49,696 nt of DNA from Candidatus Bathyarchaeia archaeon (GTDB lineage: Bacteria; Chloroflexota; Limnocylindria; P2-11E), in assembly GCA_035637615.1 (NCBI GenBank), contig DASPWX010000075.1, forward strand, positions 1 through 49,696, written 5' to 3'. Positions 1 through 9,032 of this stretch are shown piece by piece; position 1 is the stretch's first letter; each line of letters opens with the position of its first letter. Under the pieces are notes generated by a model. That model was not told where the DNA came from. It did not search any database and saw nothing but the letters and a program-made list of their open reading frames with translations. A program made the translations under genes and the position numbers.

Positions 1-179
1 CCCACCTCCTCGCTGAATCCGAGACCGAAGAGGCCCATGGCGGCCATCGCGTCGATCACGGACCGCGGTATCTCGTCCTTCTCTTCGATCTCGCGCTCGA
101 ACGGCGCGAGCCGCTCTTCGACGAACTCGCGGACCGAGCGCTGGAGCATGAGAAGGTCGTCGGGAAGGACGGGATCCAT
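1..179 (-). CDS. acyl-CoA dehydrogenase, N-terminal fragment (gene continues beyond window edge)
   Basis: Not in the ORF track because it runs off the left edge. Manual reverse-complement translation from ATG at 179 gives MDPVLPDDLLMLQRSVREFVEERLAPFEREIEEKDEIPRSVIDAMAAMGLFGLGFSEEVG, a typical ACAD N-terminus. The ATG overlaps the stop of the upstream thioesterase gene (ATGA). Confidence 0.7.
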   Translation of the reverse strand, partial: MDPVLPDDLLMLQRSVREFVEERLAPFEREIEEKDEIPRSVIDAMAAMGLFGLGFSEEV

Positions 180-595
180 CAGCCTTCCTTCGCCGTCTCG
201 AGAATCTTGCGCAGCGCCTCCGGGATCCGGGTCGCGCGACCGCTCTTTCGATCGAGCATCACCTGGATGGTTGACGCATCGACGCAATGCGTTCCATCGG
301 CGCGGTCGATCGCGTACTCGAACGTCCACGATGAATGACGAATATCGCCAACGCGGACCTTGATGTCGTATTCGTCATCGAAGCGGAGGGGCGCGTGATA
401 ACGAAGGCGTGCCTCGCCGATCGTGAAGTCGACGCCCTGCGCGACCATATCGCGCTCGTACACGATGCCCAGCGCGCGCAGATACGCGACGCGGCCCACC
501 TCGGCGAAGACCAGGTAATTCGCGTAGTAGACGACCGCCTGCAGGTCCGTCTCACCGAAGCGCACCCGCTGGCGATGTGCGAACGGAAAATCCAC
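179..595 (-). CDS. acyl-CoA thioesterase, hotdog fold (YbgC/4HBT family)
   Basis: 138-aa ORF with a typical 4HBT N-terminal block (RVRFGETDLQAVVYYANYLVFAEVGR) and a size typical of the family. Coupled to the downstream acyl-CoA dehydrogenase. Confidence 0.8.
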   Translation of the reverse strand: MDFPFAHRQRVRFGETDLQAVVYYANYLVFAEVGRVAYLRALGIVYERDMVAQGVDFTIGEARLRYHAPLRFDDEYDIKVRVGDIRHSSWTFEYAIDRADGTHCVDASTIQVMLDRKSGRATRIPEALRKILETAKEG

Positions 596-622
596 GGCCG
601 CTTGGCAGGTTAACGATTTGGC

Positions 623-1096
623 ATGGCACCTGCTGCCCCTAACGGCATGGCTACATCAGCACCACGAGACCACGACACGACCGAGCGAGTCGACCGCTAC
701 GAGCGCGAACGGATCGTCGAGCGACCTGCGTCCACGCCACCGGGCGCTTCGAACGTGAACGTCGGGCCGACGACGGCGACCGTCGCGCGAAACGATGTGG
801 TGTGGACGGTCACCCGCGTCGTCACGCTTCTCTTCACCGTCCTCGAGACCCTGTTGCTGCTCCGGTTCGTCCTCAAGCTCTTCGGCGCGAACGCGAATCA
901 GCCGCTCGTTTCCGGCCTTTACCGGATCACCGAGCCGCTGGTCCGTCCGTTCCAGGGAATCTTCCCGGAGCCGTCGGGGCCGCCGGCGCTCGACCTCGCC
1001 GCGCTTCTCGCAGTCGCGTTCTTCTTCCTCATCGCCGCACTTATCGTCGCGCTCGTTCGCGCAATTACGGCAAACCGAGGCGGACTCAACCCGTAA
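623..1096 (+). CDS. YggT/Ycf19-family membrane protein
   Basis: 157-aa ORF. A polar N-terminal tail is followed by two TM helices with a YggT-like core (LLLLRFVLKLF...NQPLVSGLYRITEPLVRPFQGIFP). Confidence 0.65.
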   Translation: MAPAAPNGMATSAPRDHDTTERVDRYERERIVERPASTPPGASNVNVGPTTATVARNDVVWTVTRVVTLLFTVLETLLLLRFVLKLFGANANQPLVSGLYRITEPLVRPFQGIFPEPSGPPALDLAALLAVAFFFLIAALIVALVRAITANRGGLNP

Positions 1097-1104
1097 CGCG
1101 TTAA

Positions 1105-1134
1105 GGGAGCGACCGCGTGAGTGCGGTCGCTCCC
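1105..1134. terminator. bidirectional hairpin between convergent yggT-like and acs-like genes
   Basis: Perfect 12-bp inverted repeat GGGAGCGACCGC / GCGGTCGCTCCC (1105-1116 and 1123-1134) with a 6-nt loop. It lies in the 45-bp gap between two convergent stop codons. There is no clear U-tract. Confidence 0.6.
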
Positions 1135-1141
1135 GGCGCGG

Positions 1142-3082
1142 TCAGCCTTTGGTAAGCGCTCGCAGCTCGTCGACCGCCGCGGGATTCTCGAGCGCGCTCA
1201 AGTCGCCGAGGTCCTGCTTTCCAAGATACGCGCCGCGGATGACGCGGCGCAGGATCTTCGCGTTCCGCGTCTTCGGTAGCTGCGTCACGAAGCGCACCGC
1301 TTCGGGCCGCAGCGGCTTGCCGAGTATTTCAGCGACCTTGTCCTGTATCGACCGCGCGAGCTCGGGCGTCGGCGCGTGCAGCGGGCGCGGCACCACGAAC
1401 ACGATGATGGCCTCGCCCTTGATCTCGTGGGGCACACCGATCGCGGCTGCTTCCGACACCGCGGGATGCGCGACGGCCGCCGATTCGACTTCCGCCGGAC
1501 CGACGCGCTTTCCCGCGATCTTGAGCGTGTCGTCGCTGCGCCCTTCGATGTACCAGTAGCCCTCGTCGTCGACCCGCGCCCAGTCGCCGTGGACCCAGGT
1601 GTTCGGCAGGCGGGACCAGTACGTCTGGAAGTAGCGGCCCTCCTCGGTCGGCGGATCGCGCCAGAAACCGCGCGTCATGCCCGGCCAGGGCTTACGGATG
1701 ACGAGCTCACCGACGGCACCGCGCACGGAGCGGCCCCGATCGTCGACGACGTCCGCATCCATCCCGGGGCAGGGCCCCGCGAAGGAGCCCGGCTGGATCG
1801 GGGTCCAGGTGGTGCAGCCGATGATGCCACCGGAGATCTCCGTGCCGCCGGAGTAGTTGATGACCGGGCAGCGCGAATCGCCGACGTTCCGGAAGTACCA
1901 CCACCACGGGTCGGGGTTCCACGGCTCGCCGGTCGATCCAAGGACGAAGAGCGACGAACGATCGTTCTTCCGGACCGGATCCTCACCGGAGCGCATCAGG
2001 CCGCGGATCGCGGTCGGCGAGATTCCGAGATGCGTCACGCGATGCCGCTCGACGAGGGACCACATCCGTGACGCGTCGGGGAAGTCCGGCGTCCCGTCGT
2101 ACAGGACGATCGTCGCCCCGAGCATGAGCCCGCCCGCGATGAGCCAGGGACCCATCATCCAGCCAATATCGGTCGACCACAGGATCACGTCGCGCTCTTG
2201 AAGGTCGAAGCAGTGCGCGAGGTCCTGCGCCGCCTTCATCGGAAAACCGCCGTGGACGTGCTGCGCGCCCTTCGGTTTCCCGGTCGTGCCCGAGGTGTAG
2301 ATGACCATGAAGGGATCCTCGGCCGAGGTATCGGCCAAATCGAGCATCGCGCCGGAGTGCGTGACGTCTGACCACGCGACATCGCGGCCGCGCTTTGGAT
2401 ACGCGCGGCCCACGCGATCGACGACGACCACCGTGCCGACCGACGGGGCGCCGTCCGCCGCCTCGTCCGCGACTTCCTTCATCTTCACGATCTGCCCGCG
2501 GCGGTAGAAGCCGTCCGCGCAGACGAGGACCTTCGCCTCGGCGTCGCGCAGGCGCCCGGCGATCGCCTCCGCGCCGTAGCCGGAAAAGATCGGAAGGAAC
2601 ACGGCGCCGATCGCCCCGATCGCGAGGACCGCGACGGCACATTCCACCGTTAGAGGAAGGAAGACGGCGACACGGTCGCCGGGCTTGGTGCCGAGGGACC
2701 GCAGGCCGGCGGCGAAGCTCGCGACCTGATCGGAGAGCTCGCGGTAGGTGAGCGTGCGGACCGTGCCCTCCTCGCCCTCTGCGATAACGGCGATCCGGTC
2801 GCCGTCGTGGCGCAGGGCCGTCGCGACGTAATTCATCCGGCCGCCGGTCCACCACGTCGTCCACGGGAGCCCGCGCGAGGTATCGAGGACGTGCGTGTAC
2901 GGCGTGCGCCAGGCGATGCGCAGGTCGCGCTCGGTGGCGGCCCAGAATCCGTCGAGATCCTCGGTCGACCAGCGGAGAAGCGCCGGGTAATCCGCGCACC
3001 CGTTCTTCATCGCGAACGCGCGCAGGCGGCTGCGATCGAGATACGAGGCGCTCGGCGTCCACGCTGCCGGCATGGTCGTCAC
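1142..3082 (-). CDS. AMP-forming acyl/acetyl-CoA synthetase (Acs-like ligase)
   Basis: 646-aa ORF with the AMP-binding motif YTSGTTGKPKG, the block WVHGDWARVDDEGYWYIEGRSDDTLKIAGKRVGPAEVE, and a C-terminal A10 motif LPKTRNAKILRR. GTG start at 3082 overlaps the upstream stop (GTGA); ATG at 3073 is an alternative. Confidence 0.9.
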   Translation of the reverse strand: MTTMPAAWTPSASYLDRSRLRAFAMKNGCADYPALLRWSTEDLDGFWAATERDLRIAWRTPYTHVLDTSRGLPWTTWWTGGRMNYVATALRHDGDRIAVIAEGEEGTVRTLTYRELSDQVASFAAGLRSLGTKPGDRVAVFLPLTVECAVAVLAIGAIGAVFLPIFSGYGAEAIAGRLRDAEAKVLVCADGFYRRGQIVKMKEVADEAADGAPSVGTVVVVDRVGRAYPKRGRDVAWSDVTHSGAMLDLADTSAEDPFMVIYTSGTTGKPKGAQHVHGGFPMKAAQDLAHCFDLQERDVILWSTDIGWMMGPWLIAGGLMLGATIVLYDGTPDFPDASRMWSLVERHRVTHLGISPTAIRGLMRSGEDPVRKNDRSSLFVLGSTGEPWNPDPWWWYFRNVGDSRCPVINYSGGTEISGGIIGCTTWTPIQPGSFAGPCPGMDADVVDDRGRSVRGAVGELVIRKPWPGMTRGFWRDPPTEEGRYFQTYWSRLPNTWVHGDWARVDDEGYWYIEGRSDDTLKIAGKRVGPAEVESAAVAHPAVSEAAAIGVPHEIKGEAIIVFVVPRPLHAPTPELARSIQDKVAEILGKPLRPEAVRFVTQLPKTRNAKILRRVIRGAYLGKQDLGDLSALENPAAVDELRALTKG

Positions 3083-4197
3083 GTTAGCGCGGCCTCGCGG
3101 CCGAAGAAACCGCCGATCCGCATCACCTCCGCCTCAAGGGCCTGCCGCTGCGGCGAGCTCACCTTGCCGGCGGACTGGACACCGATCTCGATCCTCCCCC
3201 CACGTTCGCGGCGTTCCCACACGCCGCGCACGATCCCGTCGACCAGGAACACCGGAACTCCGACGACGCCTTCCCATTGGCCGCGCTTGTATGACCGGAT
3301 CCGGGTGCGCGCCGTCTCGTCGACGATCGTCTCGCGCGGATGCGAGCCGATGACGTAGCAGTCGTACTGCGCGAGAAGACGCACCTGCGGAGCGCGCCGC
3401 TGCGGCGCGTTCCGCTCGCGAGCCAGCATCCAGGCCTTACGCCCCTCGATGGTCACCGCGGCCGGCTCGGGCTCGAGCGAACGCAGGAGCGGGAGGAGAG
3501 CCGCGGGTTTCATCCCGAACCAGCGCGCCATCCCGTCGAGCGTGGTGGGGCCGTACGCCCGAAGGAAGCGCAGAAGGAGCTCGCGCCGGGCTTCTTCCGG
3601 GTCGATCCGCGGCCACGTACGGACCCACCGGTCCGCGCGAACGAAGGTCACGTTCGGTCCGACCGACGGACCGAAGCACATCTTGCCCATGTACATGAGC
3701 GGAGCCAGCAGGTTGCCCCACCCAGAGGTGATCTTCGGTCGGAACTTCGTGCCGAGCCGGGTCACGACGGCGTCGGCGATCTGGGCGCGGGTCGAGCCTT
3801 TCTCTTCGAGCGCGCCGTGCACGGTCTCGAAAATGGCGCCCGCTTCTTTCGCGGTCAGCTGCTCGCGCTCGAGCCACTCCTTCGACTCCCAGTAGCGGCG
3901 AGTACCGAGCGCCGCCATCCAGAGCGGGAGGTCATCCGCTGGGATGACGTGGATCGTGCCGCGGACGGTCCAGGCGCGGACGAGCGTCTTCTTCACCCAG
4001 AGCGCATCCCTCACCGACTCCTGCGTCGCGCCCGCGACGCGCGCCGAGATGGCGAGCTCCGCCGCGGAGAGGAGCTGCGCCTGCAGACCGCACACGTCGC
4101 GGACGACGTCGACGAGGCGTGCTTTCGGCGCCGGCGTCGTGAGGTGACTGCGCGCGAGACGCCGCCCGCGCGCGTCGGCCCAGGTCAGCTCGGTCAA
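3079..4197 (-). CDS. winged-helix DNA-binding domain protein (YcaQ/DUF1006-like)
   Basis: The family-like sequence starts at LTELTWADARGRRLARSHL...VCGLQAQ...TLVRAWTVRGTIHV. The track ORF (3079..4527) extends further upstream but overlaps the DUF983 gene. I place the start at TTG 4197, which overlaps the DUF983 stop (TTGA). Confidence 0.75.
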   Translation of the reverse strand: MTELTWADARGRRLARSHLTTPAPKARLVDVVRDVCGLQAQLLSAAELAISARVAGATQESVRDALWVKKTLVRAWTVRGTIHVIPADDLPLWMAALGTRRYWESKEWLEREQLTAKEAGAIFETVHGALEEKGSTRAQIADAVVTRLGTKFRPKITSGWGNLLAPLMYMGKMCFGPSVGPNVTFVRADRWVRTWPRIDPEEARRELLLRFLRAYGPTTLDGMARWFGMKPAALLPLLRSLEPEPAAVTIEGRKAWMLARERNAPQRRAPQVRLLAQYDCYVIGSHPRETIVDETARTRIRSYKRGQWEGVVGVPVFLVDGIVRGVWERRERGGRIEIGVQSAGKVSSPQRQALEAEVMRIGGFFGREAALT

Positions 4198-4538
4198 GTG
4201 GATGCGACCGGATCGATGAGCCAGTCGAGATGCAGCCACACGACGCGCGAGTAGCGCCAGACGAACGGAACGACTGCGAGAAAAAGGATATCCGCGACGA
4301 CGAGGGCGACGAGGACGTCCCACCCCGTCGCGAGCCACACCGCGAGGACGAGTAGCGCGAGGACAGGAATGCCGAGCGTGTAGCTCGCGACCATCGCCCC
4401 GGTCCAGTAACCGGTCTCGCGCTCGAACCGCAACCCACAGACCGGGCAGGGCTCGTTCATCGAGAACATGCCGCGCCACACACGCCCGGAGAGGCACCGC
4501 GGGCAACGGCAGCGCACGATGGCCCACACCCTGCGCAT
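4194..4538 (-). CDS. DUF983-like small membrane protein with N-terminal CxxC...CxxC zinc ribbon
   Basis: From ATG at 4538: MRRVWAIVRCRCPRCLSGRVWRGMFSMNEPCPVCGLRFERETGYW, then two TM helices. The upstream part of the track ORF (to 4715) overlaps the preceding gene and is Arg-rich noise. Confidence 0.7.
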   Translation of the reverse strand: MRRVWAIVRCRCPRCLSGRVWRGMFSMNEPCPVCGLRFERETGYWTGAMVASYTLGIPVLALLVLAVWLATGWDVLVALVVADILFLAVVPFVWRYSRVVWLHLDWLIDPVAST

Positions 4539-4540
4539 GC

Positions 4541-5209
4541 CTAGAAGTACTGCAGGATGGCCGCCGCCACCACGATCGCGACGAGGAGCACCGCGATGAG
4601 GATGAGCGGCAGGAGGTAGAACGCCAGCGCGCCGATCAGGAAGATGGCGAGAGCTTGATCCCCGGATACGCCGTAGTGCAGCGCGATGGCGCGATGAACG
4701 ACGAGCGCGAACCACACCAGCATCACGACGCTCACCGCGTCGGCGAGCCCGGTGAACGGTCCGCCGGCGAACACGATCCCGGCGAGCGACGTGGGCGCCT
4801 GGTACACGAGCTCGGCGTACCCGAAGAGGACGAGGAGCGGTAGATAGGACCGGCCGCGGACACCGCGGAAACGAGCGGCAGCGTGGATCGCGCTCGAGCC
4901 GAGGAGCCAGAGAAAGATCGGGGTGATGGCCGCCGCGACGACGAGGGCGTCGAACGATCGCTGCAGCACGTACACGAGGACCGCGGTGCGCTCGACGCCG
5001 ATGGCCACGAGAAGCGTGTCGACGATCGCGCTGCGCGTCGGACCGAACACGATGTCGTCGACGTGGACCGTCTGCGAGAGGCGGTACGCGCTAACGGTAG
5101 AGAACACCATCGCGATCGGGACGCAGGCGAGGCCCCACAACGTTCCCGCACCAAGCGCCCACGCCGCAAAGGCCCTCGGCCGCCAGCGATCGGCGACCGT
5201 CGCGATCAC
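4541..5209 (-). CDS. integral membrane protein (Yip1-like, about 5 TM)
   Basis: 222-aa hydrophobic ORF with good coding character. GTG start overlaps the acuC-like stop (GTGA). The family assignment is tentative. Confidence 0.6.
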   Translation of the reverse strand: MIATVADRWRPRAFAAWALGAGTLWGLACVPIAMVFSTVSAYRLSQTVHVDDIVFGPTRSAIVDTLLVAIGVERTAVLVYVLQRSFDALVVAAAITPIFLWLLGSSAIHAAARFRGVRGRSYLPLLVLFGYAELVYQAPTSLAGIVFAGGPFTGLADAVSVVMLVWFALVVHRAIALHYGVSGDQALAIFLIGALAFYLLPLILIAVLLVAIVVAAAILQYF

Positions 5210-6297
5210 TTGAACGCGGCGGCCAGGGCTTCGCTCGTGGCCTGGTCGGTCGCGGCGTCCACCGCGGTCCGCGCACGGCCGCCGAGGACGGGCGGATCGT
5301 CATCGTGGAGCGCTTCAGGGACCGGAGCGCCAAGCATGATGAGGTACTCAATGGACCACGTCCGGCGCACGGCATCGAGGTCGTAGCCGCCCCCGCCCAT
5401 GGCGACCCAGGGATACGGCGTCGACGCGAACCAGCGCACGACGTGCTCTCGCGCGTGCGTCGAGAGCTGAAGATCGGTGAGCGGGTCGTTGAAGTGCGGG
5501 TCGATGCCCTGCTGGGTCACGAGGATGTCGGGCCGGAACCGCTCGAGGAGCGTGGGGACGACCTCGTCGAACGCGCGCATGTAGGCGAGGTCGTCGGTGT
5601 AGGGCGGGAGCGCGACGTTAACGCTGTATCCGGCGCCCTTGCCGGTGCCGCGCTCGTCCGCGGAGCCGGTACCCGGGAAGAACGGCCGGCCGAGCCGGGG
5701 GATGATGCCGTACTCGTGCAGCGAGATCGTGAGGACCTGGTCGCTTTCGTAGAACGCGGCCTGGACGCCGTCGCCGTGGTGGGCGTCGATGTCGACGTAC
5801 GCGACCTTCATTCCGCGATCGGCGAGAAGGCCACACACGATCGCGGGGTCGTTGTAGATGCAGAAGCCCGACGCGTTGCGGCGCATCGCGTGATGCAGCC
5901 CGCCCGCCCCGTTGAACGCCACTCGTGCCTTACCTGCGATGACGGCCTCCATCGCGACGAGCGAGGCGCCCGTGGTGAGAAGCGAGGCGTCGTGCATCCC
6001 CGCGAACGGGGGCGTGTCGCCCCACGCGGAGAGGCCCCACGCCGAGTAATCGAGGTCGGGGTCGGCCGAGGCTTGGGCGATCGCGTCAACGTACGCCGGG
6101 TCGTGGATGCGCTCGAGCTCGGCGCGCGTCGCGAGCCTCGGCTCGAGGAGCCGCGCGTTCGGGAGCGCGAATGCGCCGAGGCGCTCGAGCGTGTCGTGCA
6201 CACCCTGGAGCCGCCAAGGTTTGAGCGGATGATCGGACCGGTAGACATGCGACGCGAGTCGCGGATCCCAGACGAACCCTGCGAAGGCGGTGCTCAC
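5206..6297 (-). CDS. acuC: histone deacetylase-family protein (acetoin utilization AcuC-like deacetylase)
   Basis: Class I HDAC/AcuC motifs are present: GGLHHAMRRNASGFCIYND, VAYVDIDAHHGDGVQAAFY, GGGGY. The track ORF (to 7074) is an artefactual extension. The start is placed at GTG 6297, overlapping the folA stop (GTGA). Confidence 0.85.
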   Translation of the reverse strand: MSTAFAGFVWDPRLASHVYRSDHPLKPWRLQGVHDTLERLGAFALPNARLLEPRLATRAELERIHDPAYVDAIAQASADPDLDYSAWGLSAWGDTPPFAGMHDASLLTTGASLVAMEAVIAGKARVAFNGAGGLHHAMRRNASGFCIYNDPAIVCGLLADRGMKVAYVDIDAHHGDGVQAAFYESDQVLTISLHEYGIIPRLGRPFFPGTGSADERGTGKGAGYSVNVALPPYTDDLAYMRAFDEVVPTLLERFRPDILVTQQGIDPHFNDPLTDLQLSTHAREHVVRWFASTPYPWVAMGGGGYDLDAVRRTWSIEYLIMLGAPVPEALHDDDPPVLGGRARTAVDAATDQATSEALAAAFK

Positions 6298-6785
6298 CGG
6301 ACGCGCTCGAGCGTCACGAAAGAGAACGCGAACGGGTGGCGCGCGTCCGCCGGATGCGCGCTGCGATCGATCTCGCGCCACTCGCGAGGATCGAGCGGCG
6401 GAAAGTACGTGTCTCCGGCGGCCTCGGTGTCGACCTCGGTGAGATAGATGCGATCCGCGCGCGGCAGAAAATCCTTGAAGACACCGGCCCCGCCGAACAC
6501 AATGACCTCTTCGACATCGCCCGCGAGCGCGAGGGCCTCGTCGGTCGTGCGCGCGACGAGACAGCCATCGCAGCGGAACGCCGGATCGCGTGTCAGAACG
6601 ATGCTCGTACGGTCCGGGAGGGGCTTGCCGATCGACTCGAACGTGCGCCGCCCCATGATGAGCGGCTTCCCCACGGTGAGCTTGCGCACGTTCCTCATAT
6701 CGTCGGGAAGCCGCCACGGAAGCCGTCCGTCCTTGCCGATGACCCCGCGGCGATCGCGGGCCACAACGAATGCGATCCGGCTCAA
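6294..6785 (-). CDS. folA: dihydrofolate reductase
   Basis: IAFVVARDRRGVIGKDGRLPWRLPDDMRNVRKLTVGKPLIMGRRTFESIG is a classic DHFR signature. It is about 163 aa from TTG 6785, which overlaps the thyA stop (TTGA). It lies immediately downstream of thyA. Confidence 0.9.
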   Translation of the reverse strand: MSRIAFVVARDRRGVIGKDGRLPWRLPDDMRNVRKLTVGKPLIMGRRTFESIGKPLPDRTSIVLTRDPAFRCDGCLVARTTDEALALAGDVEEVIVFGGAGVFKDFLPRADRIYLTEVDTEAAGDTYFPPLDPREWREIDRSAHPADARHPFAFSFVTLERVR

Positions 6786-7663
6786 ACCGCCATTTTCGCC
6801 TTGATCGGCGGATGGTGCTGGTAGTTGAGAAGCTTCGCGAAGCCGTCGAGCAGGGGACCCGGCGCTTCCCCGCGTTTCGCGCGCGCCACGATCTCGCGGT
6901 AGCGCGCCACGGCATCGTCGACGCCGCGCAGCTCCGGGTCCAACCACAGCGCCGGCGCGGGGTAGGGCTCGCGCTCGAGCTGCTCGCGCGCCGCATCGAC
7001 GTGATCGCGGTAGATATGGGCGTCGGCCAGAACGTGAACGAACTCGTGCGGCTCGAGCTCGACCTCACGGGCAACCAGATGCAGCAGCAACGCGTACTCG
7101 GCCATGTTGAAGGGCACCCCGAGGACGAGGTCGCAGGAGCGCTGGTACATCATGAGCGAGAGCTTTCCGGCGGCAACGAAAAACTGAAAGAGCGCGTGGC
7201 ACGCCGGCAATGAGGTTTGCTCGAGCTCGCCCGGGTTCCACGCGACCACGAGCATCCGCCGGCTCGCGGGCTGCTCGCGAATGAGGCGGATGGTGTCGCG
7301 CAGCTGATCGATGCGCCGGCCGTCGGGGGCGACCCAATCGCGCCACTGCTGCCCGTAGTTGCGTCCGGCGTCGCCAGGGAAACGCGCGCGCGCCTGCCAG
7401 TAATCGGCAAAGGCGTTGCCGTCCCAGATGCGAACGCCGAGCGCGTGCAGGTCGTTTACGTCCGAGCTTCCAGCGAGGAACCAGAGGAGCTCCGCGACCA
7501 CCGAACGGAACGCGAGGCGCTTCGTCGTCACCGCGGGGAAGCCCTCTCGTAGGTCGAACCGCATCATCTCGCCGAAGACCGCGCGCGTGCCGACGCCGGT
7601 GCGGTCGGCGCGCTCGTCACCCTCCTCGAGTGCCCGGCGGAGGATGTTGAGGTACGGGCGCAC
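6782..7663 (-). CDS. thyA: thymidylate synthase (ThyA type)
   Basis: 293-aa ORF. MRPYLNILRRALEEGDERADRTGVGTRAVFG..., LPACHALFQFFV (active-site Cys) and RSCDLVLGVPFN are canonical ThyA blocks. Confidence 0.95.
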   Translation of the reverse strand: MRPYLNILRRALEEGDERADRTGVGTRAVFGEMMRFDLREGFPAVTTKRLAFRSVVAELLWFLAGSSDVNDLHALGVRIWDGNAFADYWQARARFPGDAGRNYGQQWRDWVAPDGRRIDQLRDTIRLIREQPASRRMLVVAWNPGELEQTSLPACHALFQFFVAAGKLSLMMYQRSCDLVLGVPFNMAEYALLLHLVAREVELEPHEFVHVLADAHIYRDHVDAAREQLEREPYPAPALWLDPELRGVDDAVARYREIVARAKRGEAPGPLLDGFAKLLNYQHHPPIKAKMAV

Positions 7664-7666
7664 CGT

Positions 7667-9013
7667 TTAGGCGTCCACGCGCCGGTGAACACGGCCGCCG
7701 GTACGGAGCCAGCGCACCGCGCCGGTCTCGTCGCGAATGACCTCGCCGCGGACGTCCTTCAACGGACCCTCGAGGCATACGAAGCGGTCCTCCGCCGTGA
7801 ACGCGACCGGAGAAGGCGGCGGGTCCGTCGGCGCGGGCGTGATGCCAAGGATGTTGTGGTAGATGGAGCGGTACAGCAGAACGCCGTCGCCGCCCGCGCG
7901 GAGCTCGACGTCGGCTCCGGCGGCGGTGTAGCGCGCCACCAGCTCGTCCCGGCGCGTCTTCGTCATACGCACGTGCTGCGGCTCCGGCTCGTCCACCCCG
8001 ACGAACGTCTTCAGCGCCCACTTGGTGATCGCCTGATGGAGCAGCGCGCCGCGGGTCGAGTTCGCCTGCACCGCTATCGCAAAGCCGCGCTCCGGCGCGA
8101 GCATGAGAACGCCCTGCTGGCCGATGGCCGATCCGCCGTGGTACTGGAGGGTGACCCCGCCAACCTCACGCAGGAACCACGCGACCCCGACGCCGCGGTC
8201 GTTGTCGGCGGGCGCGAGCCGCGTGCGCATGAGCTCGAGAGACCCGACCGAAAGCAGGCGGCCGCCGTCCGACGTACGCCCGTCGCCGAGGTGGAATCGC
8301 GCGTAGGCAAGGAGGTCGCGCACGCTCGAGATCACGCCCCCGACCGGTGTGGCGGCGCGCGGGAAGGCGTAGGGACGGACGACGCGCGGCTGCTCGTCGA
8401 CGACCGAGTGACCAGCGGCCACGCGATGGGTGATCGCCTCGTCGGCGTTGAAGCAGCTTCTCGCCATGCCGAGCGGGATGAAGAGGAGCTCGCGTGTGGC
8501 GGCTTCGTACGTCTTGCCGGTAACGACCTCGATGAGCCGGCCGAGGACCGCGAAGCTCGAGTTCGAGTAGTGCCAGATCTCGCCGAGCGGGGTGAGCTGC
8601 TCGAGCTCGGCCATGGCCGCGACGTAGCGCGCGAGCGCGTCGTCGCCTTTGCCGAAGTCCGCGAAGCAGTCTCCGAGCCAACCACCGGTGTGGGTGACGA
8701 GATGGCGAAGCGTCGCGCCCTTGGCGGCGTCTTCGTCACGGAGCTTGAATTCCGGCAGGTAGCGCCGGACCGGCGCATCGAGGTCGAGCGCCCCGCGTTC
8801 GACGAGCCGCATGACGACGGTCGCCGTCATCGTCTTGGTGATCGAGGCGATCTGAAAGAGCGTGTCGGCATCCACCGGAAGCGGGTGCTCGAGGTTGGTG
8901 ACGCCGTACGCGGCGATGTCCTCGTCGCCGTCGTGGAGAATGCCGATCGCTACCCCGGGGACGTGATAGCGGGACATCCCCTCCCGCACCAGCTTCTCGA
9001 GCTCAGGCCGCAC
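7667..9013 (-). CDS. serine hydrolase, beta-lactamase/PBP4-like family
   Basis: 448-aa ORF with the SxxK active-site motif (FQIASITKTMTA), a YSN motif (HYSNSSFAVLG), and a typical class C-like length. Confidence 0.85.
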   Translation of the reverse strand: MRPELEKLVREGMSRYHVPGVAIGILHDGDEDIAAYGVTNLEHPLPVDADTLFQIASITKTMTATVVMRLVERGALDLDAPVRRYLPEFKLRDEDAAKGATLRHLVTHTGGWLGDCFADFGKGDDALARYVAAMAELEQLTPLGEIWHYSNSSFAVLGRLIEVVTGKTYEAATRELLFIPLGMARSCFNADEAITHRVAAGHSVVDEQPRVVRPYAFPRAATPVGGVISSVRDLLAYARFHLGDGRTSDGGRLLSVGSLELMRTRLAPADNDRGVGVAWFLREVGGVTLQYHGGSAIGQQGVLMLAPERGFAIAVQANSTRGALLHQAITKWALKTFVGVDEPEPQHVRMTKTRRDELVARYTAAGADVELRAGGDGVLLYRSIYHNILGITPAPTDPPPSPVAFTAEDRFVCLEGPLKDVRGEVIRDETGAVRWLRTGGRVHRRVDA

Positions 9014-9032
9014 GCGCGAATTGTGCGCGCTC

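Noticed and set aside
5206-7074. N-terminal extensions of track ORFs suggest much larger proteins. Examples: 5206..7074 (622 aa), 3079..4527, 6294..6947, 19086..19682, 24196..25839, 28626..30263, 31069..32937, 44363..46333, 37206..38045, 40762..41595 and 41641..43131.
   Set aside because: In the co-directional (overlap-type) cases (5206..7074, 3079..4527, 6294..6947, 19086..19682, 24196..25839, 28626..30263, 31069..32937, 44363..46333) the extension overlaps the preceding, well-supported gene in another frame and is Arg-rich noise, and the family-like sequence begins at an internal ATG/GTG/TTG that forms a 4-nt overlap with the upstream stop. For 37206..38045, 40762..41595 and 41641..43131 the extension lies in intergenic leader sequence, and the real start is the internal ATG that begins the signal/lipoprotein-type N-terminus (a good SD precedes it at 40828 and 41815).
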